NCBI GenBank assembly: GCA_964016885.1
Contig: OZ024741.1
Coordinates: forward strand, 257,176,001 to 257,240,000
DNA length: 64,000 nt
Reading direction: 5' to 3'
From: Eledone cirrhosa
Lineage: Eukaryota
A program made the translations under genes and the position numbers. The notes beneath the pieces are model-generated. The model made no database searches. It saw nothing but the letters and a program-made list of their open reading frames with translations, and was not told the DNA's origin. Position 1 is the stretch's first letter. Each line of letters opens with the position of its first letter. Positions 52,200-64,000 of this stretch are shown piece after piece.

Positions 52200-55100
52200 T
52201 ACGAAAATAAAAAATAGACGCGGTTTCAAATCTCTATGCTTTTCAAATTCAGTACATTAATCTTTATTTATACGTTTCGCTTTACGAGTGTTTCGACTTA
52301 CGAGTGTTTCGACTTACGAGTGTTTCGGCTTACGAGTGTTTTGACTTACGAGTGTTTTGACTTACATGTGTTTCGACTTACGCGTGTTTCGACTTACGAG
52401 TGTTTCGACTTGCGAGTGTTTCGACTACGGGTGTTTCGACTTACGAATGTTTTGACTTACGGATGTTTTGACTTACGGGTGTTTCGGCTTACGAGTCTTT
52501 CGACTTACGAGTGTTCTGACTTACGAGTGTTCTGACTTACGAGTGTTCCGACTTACGAGTGTTTCGACTTACGAGTGTTTCGGCTAACGAGTGTTTCGAC
52601 TTACGAGTGTTCTGACTACGAGTGTTCTGACTTACGGGTGTTCTGACTTACGAGTGTTCCGACTTACGAGTGTTTCGGCTTTCGAGTGTTTCGACTTACG
52701 AGTGTTTCGGGTTACGAGTGTTTCGACTTACGAATGTTTTCGCTTACGAGTGTTTCCGCTTACGAGTGTTTCGACTTACGAGTGTTTCGACTTACGAGTG
52801 TTTTGACTTACGGTTTTTCGGCTTGCGAGTGTTTCGACATACGAGTGTTTTGACTTACGGGCGTTTCGACTTACGGGTGTTTCGACTTACGAGTGTTTCG
52901 ACTTACGAGTGTTCTGACTTACGAGTGTTCTGACTTGCGAGTGTTCCGACTTACGAGTGTTTCGGCTTACGAGTGTTTCGACATACGAGTGTTTTGACTT
53001 ACGGATGTTTCAACTTACGGGTGTTTCGACTTACGAGTGTTTCGACTTACGAGTGTTCTGACTACGAGTGTTCTGACTTACGGGTGCTCTGACTTACGAG
53101 TGTTTCGACTTACGAGTGTTTCGACTTACGAGTGTTTCGGCTTACGAGTGTTTCGACTTACGAGTGTTTTGACTTACGAATGTTTTGCCTTACGGGTGTT
53201 CCGGTTTACGAGTGTTTCGACTTACGAGTATTATGACTTACGAGTGTTCCGACTTACGGGTGTTTCGACTTACGAGTGTTTCGACATACGAGTATTTTCG
53301 GCTGACGAGTGTTTCGAGTTACGAGTGTTTTGACTTACGATTGTTTCGGCTTACGAGAGTTTCGGCTTACGAGTGTTTTGATTTACGAGTGTTTTGACTT
53401 ACGGGTGTTTCGACTTACGCGTGTTTCGACTTACGAGTGTTTCGACTTACGAGTGTTTCGGCTTATGAGTGTTTCGAATTAGGAGTGTTTTGACTTACGG
53501 GTGTTTTGACATACGAGTGTTTCGGTACGAGTGTTCTGACTTACGAGTGTTCTTACTTACGAGTGTTCTGACTTACAAGTGTTCTGACTAACGGGTGTTC
53601 TGACTTACGAGTGTTGCGACTTACGAGTGTTTCGGCTATGAGTGTTTTGACTTACGTGTGTTTCGACTTACGGGTGTTTCGACTTACGAGTGTTTCGACT
53701 TACGTGTGTTTCCGCTTACGAGTGTTTCGGCTTACGAGTGTTTCGAATCACGAGTGTTTTGGCTTACGAATGTTTTGACTTACGGGTGTTTCGGTGTACG
53801 AGTGTTTCGACTTAAGGATGTTTCGACTTACGAGTGTTTCGACTTACGAGTGTTTCGACTTACGAGTGTTTCGACTTACGAGTGTTTTGGCTTACGAATG
53901 TTTTGACTTAATGGTGTTTCGACTTACGGGTGTTTCGAATTACGAGTGTTTCGACTTACGAGTGTTTTGACTTACGAGTGTTCTGACTTACGAGTGTTCT
54001 GACTTACGAGTGTTTCGGCTTACGAGTGTTTCGGCTGACGTGTGTTTCGGCTTATGAGTGTTTTGACTTACGAGTGTTCTGACTACGAGTGTTCTGACTT
54101 ACGGGTTTTCTGACTTACGAGTGTTCCGACTTACGAGTGTTTCGGCTAATGAGTGTTTCGACTTACGGGTGTTTCGACTTACGAGTGTTTTGACTTACGA
54201 GTGTTCTGACTTACGAGTGTTCTGACTTACGAGAGTACCGACTTACGACTGTTTCGACTTACGAGTGTTTTGACTTACGAGTGTTCCGACTTACGAGTGT
54301 TTCGGCTTACGGGTGTTTCGACGTACGAGTATTTTTGGCTTACGAGTGTTTCTACTTACGAGTGTTTTGAATTACGATTGTTTCGGCTTACGAGTGTTTG
54401 GACTTACGAGTATTTCGACTTACGAGTTTTTTTACTTACGGTGTTTCGGCTTACGAGTGTTTCGACTTATGAGTGTTCTGATTTACGGATGTTTCGACAT
54501 ACGAGTGTTTTGACTTACGGTGTTTCGACTTACGAGTGTTTCGACTTACGAGTGTTTCGACTTACGGGTGTTTCGACTTACGAGTGTTTCGACATACGAG
54601 TGTTTTGACTTACGGGTGTTTCGACTTACGAGTGTTTCGACTTACGAATGTTTTGACTTACGGGTGTTTCGGCTTACGAGTGTTTCGGCTTACGAGTGTT
54701 TCGACTTACGAGTGTTTCGGCTTACGAGTGTTTCGGCTTACAAGTGTTTCGGCTTACGAGTGGTTTGACTTACGAGTGTTCTGACTACGAGTGTTCTGTC
54801 TTACGAGTGTTTCGACTTACGAGTGTTTCGGCTTATGAGGGTTTCGACTTACGAGTGTTTCGGCTTACGAGTGTTTCGACTTACGAGTGTTTCGACTTAC
54901 GGGTGTTTCGACTTACGAGTGTTTCGACTACGAGTGTTTCGACTTACGAGTGTTTCGGCTTACGAGTGTTTCGACTTATGGGTGTTTCGACTTACGAGTG
55001 TTTTTACTTACGATGTTTCGGCTTACGAGTGTTTCGACATACGAGTGTTTTGACTTACGGGTGTTTCGACTTACGAGTGTTTCGACTTACGAATGTTTTG

Positions 55101-57030
55101 ACTTACGGGTGTTTCGGCTTACGAGTGTTTCGGCTTACGAGTGTTTCGACTTACGAGTGTTTCGGCTTACGAGTGTTTCGATTTATGAGTGTTTCGGCTT
55201 GCGAGTGTTTCGACTTACTAATGTTTTTACTTAAGAGTGTTTCGGCGTACGAGAGTTTTGACTTACGAGTGTTTCTACTTACGAGTGTTTCGACTTACGA
55301 GTGTTTTGACTTACGAATGTTTTGACTGACGGGTGTTTCGGCTTACGAGTGTTTCGACTTACGAGTCTTTCGGCTTACGAGTGTTTCGACTTACTAATGT
55401 TTTTACTTACGAGTGTTTCGGCGTACGAGTGTTTCGACTTACGAGTGTTTCGACTTACGGGTGTTTTGACTTACGGGTGTTTCGGCTTACGAGTGTTTCG
55501 ACTTACGAGTGTTTCGACTTACGTGTGTTTCCGCTTACGAGTGTTTCGGCTTACGAGTGTTTCGAATTACGAGTGTTTCGGCTTACGAGTGTTTCGACTT
55601 ACGTGTGTTTCGACTTACGGGTGTTTCGACTTACGAGTGTTTCGACTTACGTGTGTTTCCGCTTACGAGTGTTTCGGCTTACGAGTGTTTCGAATTACGA
55701 GTGTTTTGGCTTACGAATGTTTTGACTTACGGGTGTTTCGGTGTACGAGTGTTTCGACTTAAGGATGTTTCGACTTACGAGTGTTTCGACTTACGAGTGT
55801 TTCGACTTACGAGTGTTTCGACTTACGAGTGTTTGGGCTTACGAATGTTTTGACTTACGGGTGTTTCGACTTACGGGTGTTTCGGCTTACGAGTGTTTCG
55901 ACTTACGAGTGTTCTGACTTACGAGTGTTCTGACTTACGAGTGTTCCGACTTACGAGTGTTCCGACTTACGAGTGTTTCGGCTTACGAGTGTTTCGGCTT
56001 ACGAGTGTTTCAGCTTATGAGTGTTTTGACTTACGAGTGTTCTGACTACGATTGTTCTGACTTACGGGTGTTCTGACTTACGAGTGTTCCGACTTACGAG
56101 TGTTTCGGCTAATGAGTGTTTCGACTTACGGGCGTTTCGACTTACGGGTGTTTCGACTTACGAGTGTTTTAACTTACGAGTGTTCTGACGTACGAGTGTT
56201 CTGACTTACGAGAGTTCCGACTTACGACTGTTTCGAATTACGAGTGTTTTGACTTACGAGTGTTCCGACTTGCGAGTGTTTCGGCTTACGGGTGTTTCGA
56301 CGTACGAGTATTTTTGGCTTACGAGTGTTTCTACTTACGAGTGTTTTGAGTACGATTGTTTCGGCTTACGAGTGTTTCGACTTACGAGTATTTCGACTTA
56401 CGAGTTTTTTTACTTACGGTGTTTCGGCTTACGAGTGTTTCGACTTATGAGTGATCTGATTTACGGATGTTTCGACATACGAGTGTTTTTACTTACGGTG
56501 TTTCGACTTACGAGTGTTTCGACTTACTAATGTTTTTACTTACGAGTGTTTCGGCGTACGAGTGTTTCGACTTACGAGTGTTTCGACTTACGGGTGTTTT
56601 GACTTACGGGTGTTTCGGCTTACGAGTGTTTCGACTTACGAGTGTTTTGACTTAAGGGTGTTTCGACTTACGAGTATTTTTGGCTTACGAGTGTTTCGAC
56701 TTACGAGTGTTTTGACTTACGAGTGTTCTAATTTATGGATGTTTCGACATACGAGTGTTTTGACTTACGAGTGTTTCGACTTACGAGTGTTTCGACTTAC
56801 GAGTGTTTCGGCTTACGAGTGGTTTGACTTACGAGTGTTCTGACTACGAGTGTTTGGACTTACGAGTGTTTCGGCTTATGAGTGTTTCGACTTACGAGTG
56901 TTTCGGCTTATGAGTGTTTCGACTTACGAGTGTTTCGGTTTACGAGTGTTTCGACTTACGAGTGTTTCGACTTACGGGTGTTTCGACTGACGAGTGTTTC
57001 GACTACGAGTGTTTCGACTTACGAGTGTTT
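52200..57030 (+). repeat. Near-identical duplicate of ~24700-29530 (offset 27,496 bp). Similarity continues to ~61.3 kb with offsets 27,762-27,841.
   Basis: ORF pairs 24740/52236, 26162/53658, 27200/54696, 29386/56882, then 30562/58324, 31876/59654, 33040/60881. Shared rare variants include gtgttgcgac, cgaatcacg, ttaatggtg and gagtaccgac. Confidence 0.92.
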
Positions 57031-58292
57031 CGACATACGGGTGTTTCGACTTACGATGTTTCGGCTTACGAGTGTTTCGACTTACGAGTGTTCTGACTTA
57101 CGAGTGTTCTGACTTATGAGTGTTCTGACTTACGAGTGTTCCGACTTACGAGTGTTTCGGCTTACGAGTGTTTCGGTTTACGAGTGTTTCGACTTACGAG
57201 TGTTTCGACTTACGAGTGTTTCGACTTACGAGTGTTTTGACATGCGGTGTTTCGGCTTACGAGTGTTTCGACATACGAGTGTTTCGACTTACGGGTGTTT
57301 TGACTTAAGAGTGTTTCGACTTACGAGCGCTTCGACTAACGAGTGTTCTGACTTACGAGTGTTCCGACTTACGAGTGTTTCTGCTTACGAGTGTTTCGAC
57401 TTACGAGTGTTTCGACTTACGAGTTGTTCGGCGTACGAGTGTTTTGACTTACGAGTGTTTCGACTTACGAGTGTTTCGACTTACGAGTGCTTTGACTTAC
57501 GAATGTTTTGACTTACTTCGACTTACGAGTGATCTGACTTACGAGTGTTCCTACTTACGAGTGTTTCGACTTACGAGTGTTTCGACTTGCGAGTGTTTCG
57601 ACTTACGAGTGTTTCGACTTACGAGTGTTCTGACTTACGAGTGTTCTGACTTACGAGTGTTCCGACTTACGAGTGTTTCGGCTTGCGAGTGTTTCGACTT
57701 ACGAGTGTTCCGGCTTACGCATGTTCCGACTTACGAGTGTTTCGGCTTATGAGTGTTTCGACTTACGAGTGTTTCGGTTTATGAGTGTTTCGACTTACGA
57801 GTGTTTCGGCCTACGAGTGTTTCGACTTACGAGTGTTTCGACATACGGGTGTTTCGACTTACGAGTGTTTCGACTACGAGTGTTTCGACTTACGAGTGTT
57901 TCGGCTTACGAGTGTTTCGACATACGGGTGTTTCGACTTACGGTGTTTCGGATTACGAGTGTTTCGACTTACGAGTGTTCTGACTTACGAGTGTTCTGAC
58001 TTATGAGTGTTCTGACTTACGAGTGTTCCGACTTACGAGTGTTTCGGCTTACCAGTGTTTCGGCTTACGAGTGTTTCGACTTACGAGTGTTTCGACTTAC
58101 GAGTGTTTCGATACGAGTGTTTCGACTTACGAGTGTTCTGACTTACGAGTGTTCTGACTTACGAGTGTTCTGACTTACGAGTGTTCTAACTTACGAGTGT
58201 TCTGACTTACGAGTGTTCTGACTTACGAGTGTTCCGACTTACGAGTGTTTCGGCTCACGAGTGTTTCGGCTTACGAGTGTTTCGACTTACGA

Positions 58293-58361
58293 AAATAACA
58301 AATAGACGCGGTTTCAAATCTCTATGCTTTTCAAATTCATTACATTAATCTTTATTTATAC
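58293..58361 (+). repeat. 69-bp insert, copy 16 (variant D)
   Basis: Same as 30531, including the downstream gagtatttc variant, at offset 27,762. Confidence 0.95.
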
Positions 58362-59049
58362 GTTTCGCTTTACGAGTATTTCGACTTACGAGTGTTTCGA
58401 CTTACGAGTGTTTCGGCTTACGAGTGTTTTGACTTACGAGTGTTTTGACTTACATGTGTTTCGACTTACGCGTGTTTCGACTTACGAGTGTTTCGACTTG
58501 CGAGTGTTTCGACTACGGGTGTTTCGACTTACGAATGTTTTGACTTACGGATGTTTTGACTTACGGGTGTTTCGGCTTACGAGTGTTTCGATTTATGAGT
58601 GTTTCGGCTTGCGAGTGTTTCGACTTACTAATGTTTTTACTTAAGAGTGTTTCGGCGTACGAGAGTTTTGACTTACGAGTGTTTCTACTTACGAGTGTTT
58701 CGACTTACGAGTGTTTTGACTTACGAATGTTTTGACTGACGGGTGTTTCGGCTTACGAGTGTTTCGTCTTACGAGTCTTTCGGCTTACGAGTGTTTCGAC
58801 TTACTAATGTTTTTACTTACGAGTGTTTCGGCGTACGAGTGTTTCGACTTACAAGTGTTTCGACTTACGGGTGTTTTGACTTACGGGTGTTTCGGCTTAT
58901 GAGTGTTTCGACTTACGAGTGTTTCGACTTACGTGTGTTTCCGCTTACGAGTGTTTCGGCTTACGAGTGTTTCGAATTACGAGTGTTTCGGCTTACGAGT
59001 GTTTCGACTTACGTGTGTTTCGACTTACGGGTGTTTCGACTTACGAGTG

Positions 59050-62000
59050 TTTCGACTTACGTGTGTTTCCGCTTACGAGTGTTTCGGCTTACGAGTGTTT
59101 CGAATTACGAGTGTTTTGGCTTACGAATGTTTTGACTTACGGGTGTTTCGGTGTACGAGTGTTTCGACTTAAGGATGTTTCGACTTACGAGTGTTTCGAC
59201 TTACGAGTGTTTCGACTTACGAGTGTTTCGACTTACGAGTGTTTTGGCTTACGAATGTTTTGACTTACGGGTGTTTCGACTTACGGGTGTTTCGGCTTAC
59301 GAGTGTTTCGACTTACGAGTGTTTTGACTTACGAGTGTTCTGACTTACGAGTGTTCTGACTTACGAGTGTTCCGACTTACGAGTGTTCCGACTTACGAGT
59401 GTTTCGGCTTACGAGTGTTTCGGCTTACGAGTGTTTCGGCTTATGAGTGTTTTGACTTACGAGTGTTCTGACTACGAGTGTTCTGACTTACGGGTGTTCT
59501 GACTTACGAGTGTTCCGACTTACGAGTGTTTCGGCTAATGAGTGTTTCGACTTACGGGCGTTTCGACTTACGGGTGTTTCGACTTACGAGTGTTTTGACT
59601 TACGAGTGTTCTGACTTACGAGTGTTCTGACTTACGAGAGTTCCGACTTACGAGTGTTTCGAATTACGAGTGTTTTGACTTACGAGTGTTCCGACTTGCG
59701 AGTGTTTCGGCTTACGGGTGTTTCGACGTACGAGTATTTTTGGCTTACGAGTGTTTCTACTTACGAGTGTTTTGAATTACGATTGTTTCGGCTTACGAGT
59801 GTTTCGACTTACGAGTATTTCGACTTACGAGTTTTTTTACTTACGGTGTTTCGGCTTACGAGTGTTTCGACTTATGAGTGATCTGATTTACGGATGTTTC
59901 GACATACGAGTGTTTTGACTTACGGTGTTTCGACTTACGAGTGTTTCGACTTACTAATGTTTTTACTTACGAGTGTTTCGGCGTACGAGTGTTTCGACTT
60001 ACGAGAGTTTCGACTTACGGGTGTTTTGACTTACGGGTGTTTCGGCTTACGAGGGTTTCGACTTACGAGTGTTTTGACTTAAGGGTGTTTCGACTTACGA
60101 GTATTTTTGGCTTACGAGTGTTTCGACTTACGAGTGTTTTGACTTACGAGTGTTCTAATTTATGGATGTTTCGACATACGAGTGTTTTGACTTACGAGTG
60201 TTTCGACTTACGAGTGTTTCGACTTACGAGTGTTTCGGCTTACGAGTGGTTTGACTTACGAGTGTTCTGACTACGAGTGTTTTGACTTACGAGTGTTTCG
60301 GCTTATGAGTGTTTAGACTTACGAGTGTTTCCGCTTATGAGTGTTTCGACTTACGAGTGTTTCGGTTTACGAGTGTTTCGACTTACGAGTGTTTCGACTT
60401 ACGGGTGTTTCGACTGACGAGTGTTTCGACTACGAGTGTTTCGACTTACGAGTGTTTCGGCGTACGAGTGTTTCGACATACGGGTGTTTCGACTTACGAT
60501 GTTTCGGCTTACGAGTGTTTCGACTTACGAGTGTTCTGACTTACGAGTGTTCTGACTTATGAGTGTTCTGACTTACGAGTGTTCCGACTTACGAGTGTTT
60601 CGGCTTACGAGTGTTTCGGTTTACGAGTGTTTCGACTTACGAGTGTTTCGACTTACGAGTGTTTCGACTTACGAGTGTTTTGAGATACGGTGTTTCGGCT
60701 TACGAGTGTTTCGACTTACGAGTGTTTCGACTTACGAGTGTTTTGACATACGGTGTTTCGGCTTACGAGTGTTTCGACATACGGGTGTTTCGACTTACGG
60801 GTGTTTCGACTTAAGAGTGTTTCGACTTACGAGCGCTTCGACTAACGAGTGTTCTGACTTACGAGTGTTCCGACTTACGAGTGTTTCTGCTTACGAGTGT
60901 TTCGACTTACGAGTGTTTCGACTTACGAGTGTTTCGGCGTACGAGTGTTTTGACTTACGAGTGTTTCGACTTACGAGTGTTTCGACTTACGAGTGCTTTG
61001 ACTTACGAATGTTTTGACTTACTTCGACTTACGAGTGATCTGACTTACGAGTGTTCCTACTTACAAGTGTTTCGACTTACGAGTGTTTCGACTTGCGAGT
61101 GTTTCGACTTACGAGTGTTTCGACTTACGAGTGTTCTGACTTACGAGTGTTCTGACTTACGAGTGTTCCGACTTACGAGTGTTTCGGCTTACGAGTGTTT
61201 CGACTTACGAGTGTTCCGGCTTACGCATGTTCCGACTTACGAGTGTTTCGGCTTATGAGTGTTTCGACTTACGAGTGTTTCGGTTTATGAGTGTTTCGAC
61301 TTACGTGTGTTTCCGCTTACGAGTGTTTCGGCTTACGAGTGTTTCGAATTACGAGTGTTTTGGCTTACGAATGTTTTGACTTACGGGTGTTTCGGTGTAC
61401 GAGTGTTTCGACTTAAGGATGTTTCGACTTACGAGTGTTTCGACTTACGAGTGTTTCGACTTACGAGTGTTTCGACTTACGAGTGTTTTGGCTTACGAAT
61501 GTTTTGACTTACGGGTGTTTCGACTTACGGGTGTTTCGGCTTACGAGTGTTTCGACTTACGAGTGTTTCGACTTACGAGTGTTCTGACTTACGAGTGTTC
61601 TGACTTACGAGTGTTCCGACTTACGAGTGTTCCGACTTACGAGTGTTTCGGCTTACGAGTGTTTCGGCTTACGAGTGTTTCGGCTTATGAGTGTTTTGAC
61701 TTACGAGTGTTCTGACTACGAGTGTTCTGACTTACGGGTGTTCTGACTTACGAGTGTTCCGACTTACGAGTGTTTCGGCTAATGAGTGTTTCGACTTACG
61801 GGCGTTTCGACTTGCGGGTGTTTCGACTTACGAGTGTTTTGACTTACGAGTGTTCTGACTTACGAGTGTTCTGACTTACGAGAGTTCCGACTTACGAGTG
61901 TTTCGAATTACGAGTGTTTTGACTTACGAGTGTTCCGACTTGCGAGTGTTTCGGCTTACGGGTGTTTCGACGTACGAGTATTTTTGGCTTACGAGTGTTT

Positions 62001-63545
62001 CTACTTACGAGTGTTTTGAATTACGATTGTTTCGGCTTACGAGTGTTTCGACTTACGAGTATTTCGACTTACGAGTTTTTTTACTTACGGTGTTTCGGCT
62101 TACGAGTGTTTCGACTTATGAGTGATCTGATTTACGGATGTTTCGACATACGAGTGTTTTGACTTACGGTGTTTCGACTTACGAGTGTTTCGACTTACTA
62201 ATGTTTTTACTTACGAGTGTTTCGGCGTACGAGTGTTTCGACTTACGAGAGTTTCGACTTACGGGTGTTTTGACTTACGGGTGTTTCGGCTTACGAGGGT
62301 TTCGACTTACGAGTGTTTTGACTTAAGGGTGTTTCGACTTACGAGTATTTTTGGCTTACGAGTGTTTCGACTTACGAGTGTTTTGACTTACGAGTGTTCT
62401 AATTTATGGATGTTTCGACATACGAGTGTTTTGACTTACGAGTGTTTCGACTTACGAGTGTTTCGACTTACGAGTGTTTCGGCTTACGAGTGGTTTGACT
62501 TACGAGTGTTCTGACTACGAGTGTTTTGACTTACGAGTGTTTCGGCTTATGAGTGTTTAGACTTACGAGTGTTTCCGCTTATGAGTGTTTCGACTTACGA
62601 GTGTTTCGGTTTACGAGTGTTTCGACTTACGAGTGTTTCGACTTACGGGTGTTTCGACTGACGAGTGTTTCGACTACGAGTGTTTCGACTTACGAGTGTT
62701 TCGGCGTACGAGTGTTTCGACATACGGGTGTTTCGACTTACGATGTTTCGGCTTACGAGTGTTTCGACTTACGAGTGTTCTGACTTACGAGTGTTCTGAC
62801 TTATGAGTGTTCTGACTTACGAGTGTTCCGACTTACGAGTGTTTCGGCTTACGAGTGTTTCGGTTTACGAGTGTTTCGACTTACGAGTGTTTCGACTTAC
62901 GAGTGTTTCGACTTACGAGTGTTTTGAGATACGGTGTTTCGGCTTACGAGTGTTTCGACTTACGAGTGTTTCGACTTACGAGTGTTTTGACATACGGTGT
63001 TTCGGCTTACGAGTGTTTCGACATACGGGTGTTTCGACTTACGGGTGTTTCGACTTAAGAGTGTTTCGACTTACGAGCGCTTCGACTAACGAGTGTTCTG
63101 ACTTACGAGTGTTCCGACTTACGAGTGTTTCTGCTTACGAGTGTTTCGACTTACGAGTGTTTCGACTTACGAGTGTTTCGGCGTACGAGTGTTTTGACTT
63201 ACGAGTGTTTCGACTTACGAGTGTTTCGACTTACGAGTGCTTTGACTTACGAATGTTTTGACTTACTTCGACTTACGAGTGATCTGACTTACGAGTGTTC
63301 CTACTTACAAGTGTTTCGACTTACGAGTGTTTCGACTTGCGAGTGTTTCGACTTACGAGTGTTTCGACTTACGAGTGTTCTGACTTACGAGTGTTCTGAC
63401 TTACGAGTGTTCCGACTTACGAGTGTTTCGGCTTACGAGTGTTTCGACTTACGAGTGTTCCGGCTTACGCATGTTCCGACTTACGAGTGTTTCGGCTTAT
63501 GAGTGTTTCGACTTACGAGTGTTTCGGTTTATGAGTGTTTCGACT
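59050..63545 (+). repeat. 2,244-bp tandem duplication (x2) of pure satellite
   Basis: ORF pairs 59654/61898, 60309/62553, 60559/62803, 61179/63423. The private variants gtttagacttacgagtgtttccgcttatg and tttgagatacgg occur in both copies. Boundaries are approximate. Confidence 0.92.
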
Positions 63546-64000
63546 TACGAGTGTTTCGGCTTACGAGTGTTTCGACTTACGAGTGTTTCGACATACGGGT
63601 GTTTCGACTTACGAGTGTTTCGACTACGAGTGTTTCGACTTACGAGTGTTTCGGCCTACGAGTGTTTCGACATACGGGTGTTTCGACTTACGGTGTTTCG
63701 GATTACGAGTGTTTCGACTTACGAGTGTTCTGACTTACGAGTGTTCTGACTTATGAGTGTTCTGACTTACGAGTGTTCCGACTTACGAGTGTTTCGGCTT
63801 ACCAGTGTTTCGGCTTACGAGTGTTTCGACTTACGAGTGTTTCGACTTACGAGTGTTTCGACTTACGAGTGTTTCGAATTATGAGTGTTTTGACTTACGG
63901 TGTTTCGGCTTACGAGTGTTTCGACTTACGAGTGTTTTGACTTACTGGTGTTTTGACATACGAGTGTTTCGATACGAGTGTTTCGACTTACGAGTGTTCT

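Larger units (their letters stand above)
37600..53610 (+). repeat. ~4.0-kb higher-order repeat x4. Each unit = insert D + long island + insert C embedded in satellite. Holds insert copies 8-15 at 37693, 40151, 41669, 44174, 45693, 48198, 49700 and 52205 (each 69 bp).
   Basis: Identical ORF sets recur at 37724/41700/45724/49731 (periods 3976, 4024, 4007). Boundaries are approximate. Confidence 0.95.
1..64000 (+). repeat. Satellite DNA array, 16-bp monomer GACTTACGAGTGTTTC, several thousand head-to-tail copies, extends beyond both window edges
   Basis: Directly visible 16-bp periodicity throughout. The ORF track shows the matching 16-aa (3-monomer) periodicity YECFDLRVFRLTSVST. Common variants: ...GTTTTG, ...GTTCTG, ...GTTCCG, GGCTTAC, ACGGGTG, ATGAGTG, and 15-bp forms GACTACGAG and TTACGGTG. 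Confidence 0.99.

Noticed and set aside
33-63756. Hundreds of + strand ORFs with repeating YECFDLRVFRLTSVST peptides
   Set aside because: The consensus 16-mer has no stop codon in any + frame, so ORFs arise automatically. They overlap in all three frames, mostly start at GTG/TTG, end at TGA created by TTTTGA/TTCTGA variants, and are broken by 15-bp monomers. The minus strand has TAA in each monomer. There is no sign of coding constraint.
1-64000. CRISPR array
   Set aside because: The repeats are contiguous with no unique spacers, the interruptions are repeated copies of two sequences, and there are no cas genes.
1-64000. Telomerase-type telomeric repeat
   Set aside because: There are no G-runs, the monomers are heavily diverged, and multi-kb duplications and internal islands indicate recombinational amplification. 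A subtelomeric or centromeric location cannot be judged from this window.
1-64000. Heat-shock-element arrays like those in Caenorhabditis Helitrons
   Set aside because: The monomer has a single TTC per 16 bp and lacks the alternating nGAAnnTTCn pattern.

Overview
The whole 64-kb window is a eukaryotic-type satellite array with no credible genes. The monomer is 16 bp, consensus GACTTACGAGTGTTTC, head-to-tail on one strand with no inversions seen. It carries recurrent point variants (TTTT/TTCT/TTCC, GGC for GAC, GGG for GAG) and 15-bp deletion monomers. Only two non-satellite sequences interrupt it: six copies of a ~739-bp AT-rich island and sixteen copies of a 69-bp AT-rich insert. In the middle of each long island, a hairpin ending in CTAG is joined directly to TCTATATATATAAAA plus a GTCT/GT microsatellite. 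This is the form expected of a head-to-tail (3' end|5' end) junction of non-autonomous Helitrons. On that reading the window is a tandem concatemer of Helitron-like units (19,220, 15,552, 3,976, 4,024 and 4,007 bp, plus two partial units) whose interiors are an expanded 16-bp satellite. Nested higher-order duplications (about 2.2, 3.1-3.5, 4.0, 5-6, 10.75, 19.2 and 27.5 kb) can be traced from shared rare variants. All listed ORFs are by-products of the repeat. Coordinates were read by eye and cross-checked against ORF-track offsets. The Helitron assignment rests on terminal structure only, with no database search.
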